This document shows, one piece after another, positions 11,662 to 23,405 of a stretch of DNA of 42,506 bases. The translations under genes were made by a program, and so were the position numbers. The notes under the pieces were generated by a model, which saw nothing but the letters and a program-made list of their open reading frames with translations, was not told the DNA's origin and ran no database searches. Position 1 is the first letter of the stretch. Every line of letters starts with the position of its first letter. Origin of the DNA: Hyphochytrium catenoides (lineage: Eukaryota > Protista > Hyphochytriomycota); the NCBI GenBank assembly GCA_900088475.1, contig FLMG01004198.1, positions 1-42,506 of the forward strand. Reading direction: 5' to 3'.

Positions 11662-14600
11662 CTATGAGAAGCTCACGTCATCTAGCTCTGCAGACCATAG
11701 TTCTGGATACTCTCGTATGTATTGCATCGGGGTGATAGGCTCACGCAGCATGGTACTGTCATGATAGGAATCGCCCTCATACTTGTCTCTATGATAGTAA
11801 ATATTCTTGTCCGGGGCGTCCACGTATCCCCTGAGCCGCTGAATGTAAGAGGTGAAGGTGGACATCCGTGTCCCGACGAATACTTTTCCCATGGCAGCGA
11901 TCACCTGCACGTTGTCACAATCCAAAAGTGGTAAGGAGGACAACAATACAAAGGAAAAGGAGATAAGCTTGTTAGTATGGTTGAAGGTTTCTATGTGCAT
12001 GATAGGACCGACATGTAAGGGCAATGGGCAGGTGCCAGGAACGAACGACGGACGAGTAGTAGAGGAAAAGAAGAAGTACGCGGAGAGAGGCAATTAGAGA
12101 CAGAGGTAAAGAGAAGAGACAGGGACGGTATCGCACCTGCTCGATCTGTCCCACCATCTTCACTGGGATCTCAACGCCTTCAAGGGCGTCTGTCCGCGAA
12201 GTGTTCCAGAAGTCATACCACGTGTACACTTGATATCCAGCTTCCTTGAAGGGGACGAAGAAATCTGGAGACCTATGAAGTTTAAAAGGAGGAGAGAAAG
12301 TAGGAGAGTGGTCTGTAAGCGAGAGACGGGGAACGAAAGGGGAGATTGTATGCAAGAAGCCATCTAGTTTACCTTTCATCAGTCGATATGTACAGCTTCT
12401 TTACGGATTTGTGCTTGTTCAGCAACCCGCTTAGGCCCGGAAGCATATCCTTTGCTTCAACAAACTCCTCCTTGTACTGAAGGTCGTTCCTCCTAACGTG
12501 CATGGAGACGTATCCAAACATTCCCAACTCGGCTACGACCCTGCTTGCAATGTCGAAGACTTGGTCTACATAGTGTACGTTGTCCCGGATGAGTCTGAAG
12601 ATAGCCTGACAGGGTAATGCAGAGCAGTGGGAGGAAAGCTTAGCGATGGAGTCGTCAGCTGGTGACGACAAGGAAGGATGGAGGTGGCCAAAGAAGGTGA
12701 CAGATAGAGGGAAGATCGAGCGCAAGACGTGGTGCAGAGGCAATGCAGCAGAAGAGCTGAAGGAAGGGCTGCGAACGCGGCAATACTATAAGACTGCTGA
12801 GATCATAAAGAAGCTCGAGGATACTGATGGCGGACGCAAGGGTACCATCTCCAAGAACACATATGCAAGAGCGGGAAGACACGAAGCAAGCAAGTCGATT
12901 AGGGGCGAGGATGATGTGAGTAGCCCTTTATAGGAGGCAGCACCTCTGATAGAAAGTGAGCATGAGACAGAAGAGAGAGGAAGGAAGCAGACAGTGACAG
13001 AGAGAGATAGAAAAGAGAAAGGTGAGAGAGAGGGCGAGGGCCTCTTCATACGGCTATAGAGTCACTTCGGACACCAGGCTACCTTATTCATCTCGTTATC
13101 ACTAACTACGGCGTAGCTTGCGAGAAGACCGAGATATCTATAGCCATTAGCGCAGTCCGGAGGGAAGATTATCATGTCAGACGCCCTCAGTGTCGCATTG
13201 TACTCGACTGGTACCCTATTCCCTGTGATGCTCTTGACGTAGGGAGCAGGAGCCTAACGGAATTTTAAGCGGAGAAAGGTTCACGGGTGAGGACTACTCG
13301 ACCTCCTCCAAGCAAAAGACAGAGATAGAGCTACATCTTGAGGAGCATCGGGAAAGAATGATAGGAAAAGGACGATGATCTGCTCACCTTCTCAGTCACC
13401 GTCTTGATGTCTGGAAAGTAAAGAACCTCATAGAAAGGCCGCCAGAGAAGAGACGGATACTTCTCTCTCCAAAAGCTGTACCACTGCGCCTCGGGGAACT
13501 GCTTCTCCGTAAAGTTCTCAAACTTCTCAATCTCTGGAAACGTCTCCTTCTCCTTGGCAATGAAATCTTGCACGGTCAGAGCCGAGATCTGCGAAGTGAG
13601 ACGGCCCCGCGGGAAAGAAGATAAAGGCAAGGAGTTAGCAATTGTTGAGCAGCAGTCTAACTACTGAAAACCCGGGACTTTTCCTCGCCACTCTTTACCT
13701 GCTTGTTCAGTCCCGTCTCCTGATCGATGTTCCAGTACATTTGGATGGAAGACACGCTGCCTACTTCTCCTTCCCTCGTCATAGGACCCCTATCCAGCAT
13801 GTAGAAAGGCTTTGCTGGAGGCAGAATTAGAGTTCTGCCTGTCAATGCAGCGAAGGCCACCATAAGCTCAAAGGACATTCTGATGTTGTTGAAGCCGCCG
13901 CAGTCGAAGCCCATCAGTAGGTACTTGCCCTTATCTTCAGGCGGCAGATAGGGGTCGCGCCCGGGGAAGCGTTTGTTCCCTGGTAGCCAATACCTGTGTA
14001 AGGTACAGGAGAAAGTGATCAACACCTTGCTGGGATATAAGAAGCATTTTTAGAGGGAGAAAAGACCGTGGCAGCTATGACAACTGATGGAGCCGGTAGG
14101 TGCAGAGTGGAGAGACAGATCGGAAGAAGGAGGAATGAAAGGCCATGAACAAACTTACGCGGAGAGAATCACAGACTCATCATACCTTAATCTCTCTAAA
14201 ATAACCTCGCGGTCATGCGTGACCTCGTACCGCGAGAACGTATGATGAGAATGAGAGCCACCCGCCTGCAGTGTTGATGGCGTCATTGACTTGGAAGGAT
14301 CTTTAGTGGGCCCCTGTGGAGAGGATACGATCTGTGTTCTTCCGCTAATGTCCTCCACTCTTTTAAGGAGTCGATCGTGGCGGTTCGCTGCCTCCTGCTG
14401 GAGGTCTGCCAGCAGCTTATAAATGTCATCTTGCTGTTTCTTTAATGGAGCAATCACTTCACTGTCTGCCAGGAGTTGTCGGGCATCCAGTAGTCTCACT
14501 GGATAGTCCAACTGTTGAGACTCCAGTGTCCCGCCGAGGGCAAGCGGGCGTTGTAGAGGCGAGTAATAGATGCTGGAGCAAGCCAGGAATGCCATCGCAA

Positions 14601-14667
14601 ATAGCAGAACCTTCCAGGTTTCTACCTTCCGGCTGAGCGCCAACCTCACAACCCGAGCGGGCAGCAT
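11662..14667 (-). CDS. GDP-fucose protein O-fucosyltransferase family (O-FucT, GT65/GT68-like), type II membrane, 7 exons, ~586 aa
   Basis: Exons 14667-14186, 13993-13699, 13588-13388, 13253-13083, 12605-12373, 12272-12137 and 11904-11662 join in frame through GT-AG introns. Motifs: GGFNNIRMSFE...GRTLILP, YVSMHVRRND, KLYISTDE, IEQVIAAMGKVFVGTRMSTFTSYIQRLRG. N-terminal hydrophobic anchor. Confidence 0.88.
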
Positions 14668-16394
14668 TTTGCTCCTCTTTCTTATAGACTTGAATATTAT
14701 GGAACTATTGCTTGTGCCTCGATCTCAGGAAAATAAGGAGTGAAAGTAGGGGTGAGCATACCGTCCAGGAGCCAAGACTGTGGAGTTCAAATATCTATTA
14801 TTATTAGCTAGCTGTGCCGTTCATTAGTTACAGAGCTCGCTTTCTCTCTCTGTTCTTCTGCGGCCATCATAAATAGGTAGAGGAAGAGGAGGGCGATCAA
14901 CGGCCGATGTTGGCTGCAAGTAGGAGTGAAAGGAGAGGAAGGACAGCGAACAGATTTTAAAGTCGCAGCTCATTAAGGGATTTAAAGAACGAGTAAGAAC
15001 AAGAAACCAACTCTAGACAAGTGAGAGCAAGCCGCACCAATAGTGGCAGGACATAAGGACGATCGCAGGGAGTTGGATGCTAACGTCAGGGCTTGATTTA
15101 TAGAAAGCAGATTTCTTAAAGGTGTAGCCTGCCGCCTCTGGCTGTGTAGAGCTGCCTAGAAGCTCACTCGCATCCGTGGTCCAAAGATAAGCCCACAGTC
15201 ACACGGCAACAGCCATAGCATCTAGACAGTAAAGCTAAACCCGCACCTATCTCTTACCTTCGCTGGCATCCAAAAGCTTTTAATGGGGAGCCGACACCGA
15301 GAAAGACGAAACAGGTAGAGAGTGGCCAAGGGCCAGAATAAGAGGGATTGTTCTCGCTGAATCAACCAGAACGCAGAGAATAGGAGGAGAAAAGAGGAAA
15401 ACGCTGGCTCCTTCTACCATCAATAACTGACCGTACCAGTGTGGCCACTTATAAAAGAACAAGCGAGATCATAAGCTGACAGTCACCGGTCAAGAAAAAG
15501 AACGGACTGTCAGCCTCCCTCTCTCTCGTCACTAGTCCATCTTCCATACATGCTTTTGGGTTGTACCTACCTTCCTACCAACAACCACCTCCGACCTATT
15601 GTCCGTTCATCTACCTCTCTGACCCTCACCACCTTTTCGCTGTCTTAACGTTCTATCTCCTAGCTTTAACGTTCGTCGACAGCATCGTGTGGGCCATTTA
15701 CCCTCTTGATCTCTCTACCACCGCCCTGCAGCATTCGTTGGTCCATCATACTCCTACCAGTCCGCCAACCGTGCTGCCTCTCTCCTCCTCCTCAGCCTAC
15801 CCTCAAGCCCTTGCCACCACCCAGCAGCAGCCGCTCTCACTGCTCACCACCCTGCTGCCTCAACTCGTCAGCCTAGCTTCCCAGCCCTTGCCACCCAGCA
15901 GCAGCAGCAGCAGCCGCTCTTAGGGTTCCACCAAGCGACACTGCTGCTGGACCGAAAAGCCAAGATCGCAACGGCCAACACTTTTCTGTGGACGAAATCA
16001 GGAACATAAATGACTTACTATCAGGAATCCATCACATTGAACTGTTGAAAACAGGTAAAAGAAATGGGGATATTCTAAATAGGAGCGGTAGCGCCAGTCG
16101 TTACAAACTTGCTGTACAACTGGCGCACGATTGTTACGTCTACACCGCACAAGTAATGCAGAGAAGAGCTACTGTGAGACTGTCAATAGATTTATGTTCC
16201 TTACTTTGATTGCCGTTTCTCAATGGCCGTTAGCGGTCCAGGCAAGGGTCATGGATCTGTGGGGTTGTAACCTTTGGAAAGAGGAGGAAAGATCTCTAGT
16301 CTTTTCTTTAGCTGGTGAGCTCGTGGCAATAGGCAGGAGGAGTGCTGGATCTCTCTCCTTTCTCTCGTTCCCTCGCTCTCTCGTTCCCTCCGCG

Positions 16395-16475
16395 CTCTGT
16401 CTCTCTCTCTCTCTCTCTCTCTCNNNNNNNNNNNNNNNNNNNNNNNNNNNNNNNNNNNNNNNNTTCTCTCTCTCT
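16395..16475. repeat. (CT)n tract with assembly gap (N 16424-16463), probably in a 5'-UTR intron of the oxygenase gene
   Basis: Repeat seen directly. Flanked by a candidate donor g|gtgagc (~16315) and acceptor ccccag (~16507). Confidence 0.75.
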
Positions 16476-16720
16476 GTGCTGTTGAGATCTTCGGAAGCCT
16501 TCCCCAGATGGATCGGCACTAGCTCGACAATTCGCCTGTGGTTGTACAAGAACGGGACAGGGAACGAGCCAACACATGGTAGAGGAATAGACCAGGGAGC
16601 TTTGGATGTCTGCCGATTAACGCTTTTCTGAAGAAAGTGAAGACTGCACTTGCCATTATCGTCCGCCGCTCGAAGCCACCAGGAAACTACTAATTCTGTA
16701 CGGCCCGAGACGGAGGAAAG

Positions 16721-18843
16721 ATGAGAGCTATTTGGGTATCAATCTTGATGGGGGCACTGACCCTGAATTCTTCGCTAGCCTTGGAAGAGATCTATAGCTT
16801 GGAGCATCTTTACGACGTCTACCATCGCACCGATGGCAGCGGCTTACCTAGGATGAATGCAGCGCTGGCGGTTTACGAGCCCAGCTGCAAGAGCGCGCTG
16901 GATAAACTTGGCTTCTCTCAGATTAGCAACTCACTCCGTCTCCTCACAATGACGCACGACTGGAAGACAAGTAGGGAAGTCACCTGGTACGCGTGGTCGA
17001 AGGACTTTGACCTGACGGCGGAGTTTGATGCCAAAGAATGCCCTAGCATCTATTATTTGCCTAGAACGAGCGGAGGGAAGCCTATCAAATGGGACAAGAG
17101 CGGCAGGTAGGGTGAACCTGGGGCTCCTAAACCAACAATCTCTATATTTTGAACCCATGTAGATGAGGGAAGCAATCCCTTGGGATAGACGGCCGTGTAG
17201 AAGAAGTAGAGTGAGGCCAGGAAACGTGTGGAATGCACGACGGATGCACAGGATGAGGCAGTAGCAAAGCTCTAATATATGTCAGCAATAGGAGAGATGG
17301 TAAGGCTCATGTCCTAATGTGTCCTGTCCAGTAGCTACAAGGATTGGGTTTGGTCCAACCTGGCAAGGAAGATCACCGTGAGAAATGAAGCCTCCAAGCG
17401 TGTCTTGCTTATGCTTGCGGAGGAGACACAACCAGGGACGGATGGGTGGAAAGAGGTCAAGTCTATTGCGGCAGGAGAGTCTTCCTCCTTCAACATCTAT
17501 GCCACACAGGTTTGTCAGCTTAGTTCGCGGACCCAGTACCTGCTCCTTACTGTTGCCGTGTGTTCAGGTGGTTGTCGCGGTAGATGAGGCAAAAGCGCAT
17601 TACTTGGGGCACCTAATCGTGGACGATGATGGCGGAAGTGAAGAGCTAGTGATCCATGCGAACCCGAAGGCAGTGCCGCTTAAAGATTGGTGGGCCCAGT
17701 ACCAAGCTGACTTCCAGCATAGGAAAAAAGTTTGGGACAACAACCTTTGGTCGCATGCAATGCGTCATCTGATGAACATGAAGGTGAGCGGGCATCGAAG
17801 CATGGCTCGAGGCAATGTGCTTCCTTTTTCAACAAAGAGAGGAGATGTTAGTCTAATAAGGACAAGCACAGCCACATTGACGCCTTAATACTTATATGCC
17901 CTCGCACTTGCCCAGCAACCGCCGCTGACGCCGCGGTTCACGGAGCAAGGCTATTTGAAAACCAGAATGCCTGAAGAGGCGTACAACATTCTTAAGAGCT
18001 TCTACGATAAGAACAAGAACCACTCCGCTGTGGAGAACTGGAACGAATATGGGACTCAGATCAACTTTGATGCTGTCAAGACAAGAATGGTGGAACTACC
18101 CAGTGAAAAGAAATTGCAGGTTGCAGAGGTGGGCGACTTGTGACGCTTATAAGCGCCGACAGAAGGAATGACCGTCCTATGTCTAATTGATCTGTAGGTT
18201 ATTCGGCCTCAGCTTGAGCAATGGAGCAAGCAGAACCTGGTGTTCGCCGCCCTCTATGGCATTAGAGAGTACTTCGAGAACAGTATGCTCAAGAACCACG
18301 TAGACCGGGCTAAGACGCATGTGATATCAGCCATTCTAAACATTGATCAGGTTCAAAGTATACCGGCTAGAAAAATCGACCTCCTGAACCTCCCTTTGAC
18401 CTCTGTCGCTTACATCTTTCTCCTGAGCAGAATGTCGACGAAGCCTGGAACTTAGAGGTGGTTAACTTTAAGGGAGAGAAGGTTCAGGTAGCAATGGAGC
18501 CGGGCGATATGGTCTTCTACGAAAGCAGCAAGGTAGACTTTATCAGTTTGTGCAGCAATCGTACTGCAACGTTCAAGAACTGACGCCGCCTCTCCAACAG
18601 CTTATCCACGGAAGGCCCAAGCCCATGAAGGGGAAATTTTATGCTAATGCCTTCTTACACTTCCGGCCTCATGACTGGACAGGCTATGGCGTTACTCCGG
18701 ACAACTTCATCTCAACGCCCAACCAGCGGGTCCCGTTGCGGCCGTTGGCAGAAATTGGCAAGAGGCTAGGAGACATGGCAGATCATGGAAAGGCTTTCGC
18801 CTCTGAAGAATCAGGTGGACAGGGGCCTCGAGATGACCTTTGA
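16721..18843 (+). CDS. ER-luminal 2-oxoglutarate/Fe(II)-dependent oxygenase (prolyl-4-hydroxylase-like fold), 7 exons, ~495 aa
   Basis: Exons 16721-17106, 17335-17509, 17568-17783, 17916-18128, 18198-18350, 18431-18532 and 18601-18843 join in frame. Signal peptide MRAIWVSILMGALTLNSSLA. HxD...H triad in YGIREY...NHVDRAKTHVISAILNIDQ...MEPGDMVFYESSKLIHGRP...YANAFLHF. C-terminal RDDL. Confidence 0.87.
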
Positions 18844-19712
18844 CTGGAGTACTGGCTAGTCAATCAATTGATCAGAGCTTGAGCACATCTGCAGATCAGC
18901 TCGTACTTGCTCACTTCGTGGTCCTTCCTTGTGAGATCTCCACTTCGGGGCACAAGTATGTTTTGTAAGTCGAAATGTGCCTACATAGATATGGGTATGA
19001 ACGACTAGTAGTAGCCATATCTAGTAGCCATATCTAGGGAGAGGCCGCTCTTAGAGTGTGGTACCAACTGTAGCGACAGGTGCTGTCACCGCAAAGCGCA
19101 CCAGGTAAGCTGGTAATGCAAACGGTTCAAAAGACGAAGTTCTGGAGCTGACAGGCGCCAAACAGGCCATAACCCCTTGCACGGTGCGTATCTTGATAAC
19201 CTTCACGTCAAAGGAGTTCATAAGGTGCTCATTCTCTTCTTGGGCTCAATGATCCACATCAAAAGAGGGTTAGCAGAGCAATAGATCTTATTCTTGAAGA
19301 CCCGCATAGGTTATCAGAAGTCAGGTGAGGGTGGAGCGTGAGACACCAAGAGTCTTTGATGCTCTTTGGCATATCGAAACGATTCCACCGTCTCTTCCAA
19401 AGATAAAGAGAGAGAGAGAGACTCACGTCGAACTTGTCTCTGAGCTTTGGCGCTGAAGATCCCTGCACTTGTCGGCCATCAGCCTGTCGTTTCCCTTCCT
19501 CTCCGCTTGCTCGTGGCCGTTCAGGCACCTGCAGCTTGGAGACGAAAGGTTACAAGAATGTAACCTCCTATCACCTACGTTCTGAATATAAGCCCCTATA
19601 TATAGAATAAGGGACGAGGATCAAGCTATATGCAGGATAACGTTTGGTACAGGGGGAGGCGTGAGAAACGTTATTGAAACGGTTTCTGCCTGGCGCAGCC
19701 CAAAAAGTTGAG

Positions 19713-19935
19713 NNNNNNNNNNNNNNNNNNNNNNNNNNNNNNNNNNNNNNNNNNNNNNNNNNNNNNNNNNNNNNNNNNNNNNNNNNNNNNNNNNNNNNNN
19801 NNNNNNNNNNNNNNNNNAGGGAGAGAGAGAGAGAGAGCGGGAGAGCGAGAGAGAGAAAAGAGAGAAAAGAGAGACAGAGAGAGAGAGAAAAGAGAGAGAG
19901 AGAGAGAAAAGAGAGACAGAGAGAGAGAAGGAGAG
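19713..19935. repeat. Assembly gap (N 19713-19817) followed by (GA)n tract
   Basis: Seen directly. Confidence 0.9.
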
Positions 19936-20214
19936 GCTCAGGAACAGGAGAAGATGATGTAGATCGCGGGTTAGAGGTATGCTTCAAAGCTCCGTTGTGC
20001 CGCTTCGAACATAGCAAGACAGGACGCTAGACACCAACCTGTTGAAGATCATTGAGTCTTAGAGAAAGGCAAGAAGGGCGACGGATTCCGTCAGCACCGG
20101 GTTGGGATCAGCTCCGTCTCCTATTGCTAGCCAACATCATTCACAAACTTATCGGGCCAAACAAGAGCTATCAGACTTCCAAAGGACCGCGCCGCCGATT
20201 TGACCACCCCGCCG

Positions 20215-22699
20215 ATGGCGCCGATCTCTACTTTTTGGGCTCTTGCAGCTCTACTTCTCACCGGTAGCTGTCCACTGAGTCTGGCCGGCAAGATCTGGAA
20301 CAGCAGACTAAAGCAGCACCTCAACACCACTCCAGAAAACCAGCATATTCCTATAGATCCTGCTCTTCGATCCTTCCGTCCTCTACATCCTCAATTGCCT
20401 ACTACCATTGCAGACAGCAAGCTCTTTATTGGGATCTCTTCCTTCCGGGATGGGGAGAGATGTGGCCGTACCTTGTACTCGGCGTTTGATAATAGTACGG
20501 CGCCAGAAAGAGTCTATGCCGGGATTGTCGATCAGCTGGCCGCGGGAGAAGTGAGCTGCCTGGATAACTATTGCGCTCTGGTTGCCAGCCGGGGCATTAG
20601 GGGCCAGAAACCTCAGGATCTGGTTGGGAAGTGCCCTTACAAGGACCAGATCAGGAGCTTTGAGATGCCCTCGCGAGACTCTCGTGGACCCAATGTGGCG
20701 CGCTCGCATCAACAAAATCTCTTACAGGACGAGGAGTTCTGCCTACAGGTAAGGGAGCAGTCTCTCTAGAGAGGAAAGTGGAGCTATGGGAGACTGAGGT
20801 CATAGGCCAGAGTAAAGCCTGTAGTTAGTGGTCGTCCCTTGTGCCTTGAGAGCAGAGAGCCATGTCTAGGAGTAGAAGGACGAGCAGTAGACTGGAGAGA
20901 GGCAAGGCGAGAGAGTGACGAAGGTGGCAGAAAGTAAGAGTTCCCAGTCCTCAAGGGAGAGTGAGAGGGACCTAGAAAGCCGTCAAGGAGACGCTTATCA
21001 AGAAGAACTCACACTCTTAACTCCGCCAACCCCTCATTCCAGATCGACGCGCACTCAATCCTCTTTGACAAATGGGACAGTGACATGATCACCGACTGGA
21101 CCAAGGCTAACAATGAGATGGCGGTGCTTTCCACGTATATCCACGACTGCGAGGCCACCTGGACTAAAGGAATGAACTTCATCCCGCACCTCTGTGCCAC
21201 TACGCGCGGTAGCTATGGCATGGTCCGCAATGAAGGAGCTTCAGTGGTGACAGCGAATGGGATCCCGCAGCTTTCTCATCTGTGGGGAGCAGGTCAGTCT
21301 GACTCGGACCATTCGGAGACTAGACATACACCGAATAGAGCAAAGAAGGAGTGCCGGGGAGGATGAATCGAACCAAGAGAGATTAGAAAGAGCAAGAGGA
21401 GAGAGTAGCCCATGAAGTCAATGAAAGAGGCACTACTGACCTCACTTCCGCAGGGTTCTCCTTCTCCAAGTGCCACACAGAGCGTGATGTACGGATTGAT
21501 CCTCACACGCCGTGGATCTTTGATGGTGAAGAGTTCATGCGTAGCGCCCGCCTGTGGACTCACGGCTATGATATCTACTCCCCGTCAACGCTCAGTGTCT
21601 GCCATGACTATAAGCCAGTGCCGCACAGGTAGACCAAGATACTGATACAACGTCTCATTAGTCTCTAGGTGCTCTTCTTACCAATCTCACCCTTTCGGCC
21701 TTTACTCTGCCTGCCCTTCCTTCCTTTCATGTTCATTTCCATCCCTTGAGGTTCTTCGTTGGACTTTTATGTTGTTTGTTGATGAACAAGGAGTAATCTC
21801 AGTTCTCTTCGTCCCACAGGTACGGCACAGATGCTGACGCTCCAGACGCCAAGACACGTGACCAAGAGGTCACGAAGAGCGCCAACAGGATGAAGTCCAT
21901 CTTGGGACAACCTCTTTCTCACGATAGTGCGATGTTTGAGGAAGATCTGAACTCCTACAGGCTTGGAACCATCCGCTCGCGTGAGCAGTTCCTGCAGTTC
22001 TCAGGCGTCGATCTGCAGACAGGGAAGGATGTTGATCGCTGCCAGCAGCTCTACTGGGTACCCTACGACGTTCTAGGACTGCCTCGCAGCAATAAGAATA
22101 CGGGTAAAGACGTTGCGACTCTTGCTCATCATAAAGAGGCGGAGCTGCCAAAGTCAGAGGAAGCACGCAGATTGAGACAGCAAAAAAAGGAGACGCCAGA
22201 TGCTGAAGTATCTACGGCGCTCTTGACCCCAGGAGCCAAGGAGATGCAGGAGGGAAGGGGGAAGTCAGTGGAAGGCGAAGTGAAGATTGAAGTGAAGCTT
22301 GAGGTCGACGTTCCTCCCGTCACAGACAACACACTGTCTGTCCCGAGATCAAAAGAGGGAGATGACAGTGCCTCTCCACCTTCAGCCGAGGAGACGGATG
22401 AAGGCAAACCGACAGTGGAGGAGGTGGAGGAGATGATAGAGAGTGAGGATAAGGACAAAACTGCAGAGAACAACTCCATCAACCGCCTCCGCAACCGTCA
22501 AGACTCTGAGCAGCGTGATAAGAGGCAAGATGTCTTGCATCTATCTCAAGATGACTCTCTACATCTAGGGTCAGAGGTGGACTACTGGGTTATCATTACC
22601 AGAGTGCTCGGCTTTGGCGCTGTTATCAGCCTTCTCGGCCTCCTGAGGCGGACTGGCAACCCTAAGCGCTTACAATATGACAACTCTAAGTTCGCTTGA
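20215..22699 (+). CDS. GT60-family polypeptide/hydroxyproline alpha-N-acetylglucosaminyltransferase (Gnt1/Gnt2-like), 4 exons, ~612 aa
   Basis: Exons 20215-20748, 21043-21292, 21454-21628 and 21820-22699 join in frame. Motifs: LFIGISSFRDGERCGRTL, SRGPNVAR, EEFCLQIDAH, NEMAVLSTY, LWGAGFSFSKC, DPHTPWIFDGEE...ARLWTHGYDIYSP, LGTIRSREQFLQFSGVD. N-terminal signal sequence and C-terminal hydrophobic helix. Confidence 0.9.
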
Positions 22700-23405
22700 G
22701 CTCACACACTATCTCTATCCGCTTTTGGATGATGGAGTAGCTACCTACAGAAACGAAGAGAACAAGAGCTATGGCCAAAGACAAGCCGGACTGCCTGTTC
22801 TCTTCAAAAAGCAGTACCATCTCTAGTCAGGTTAGGTACAGAGCGAGGCATCAACGGGCCTTATTCTTTTCTTCTAGTCCCTATTGTCCCGGAAGATCAG
22901 CAGCCGTCCAGCCCTAGATACTACTCAGCCGCGGGGTGCGGGAAAGGCTATAGAAGCTTTAATCTATAAATCGCGTCGGCTGTGTCCATCGGCCTCTCTC
23001 TCTCTCTCTCTCAATGTTGGTTGTTCTCATCCGTCTTTAAGGTTTTAAGACATTGTGAAGATCCATCTCTCTGTGCCTCCGCTTTTCCCCTTGCCCTGCT
23101 ATCCTCATATCCTCTAGGCCATCTTGTTGCTGGTCTGTCCTCTTATTTGTTTATTGTCTCATATCAACTCCTACAATCTGCCAATGGCTCTTGACAGAAG
23201 ATCTTATCTTGTTCAATGTAAATTGGGATGGTCGTCTGAGTAACAGAGCAGCCGCTAATGTTATAAAAACCTTAAGACGTTAGAGCAAAAATGACGGGAG
23301 ACGAGCCCTCTTTCGTATCCAGATACCGCCTGATTCCTAGTAAAACATGGGGCCAGTTTACGTCTCTACTTCCCTTGCTACCTTCTATGGATCGCAAGGG
23401 GTTTT

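Noticed and set aside
12646-12933. 95-aa plus-strand ORF nested in a fucosyltransferase intron
   Set aside because: Antisense to a pyrimidine-rich intron and has no domain; such frames stay open by composition.
20215-22699. Calling this the cytosolic Skp1 GlcNAc-transferase gnt1, and the neighbouring oxygenase phyA
   Set aside because: Both carry signal peptides plus a TM helix or RDDL, which is incompatible with cytosolic Skp1 modification. Gene symbols withheld.
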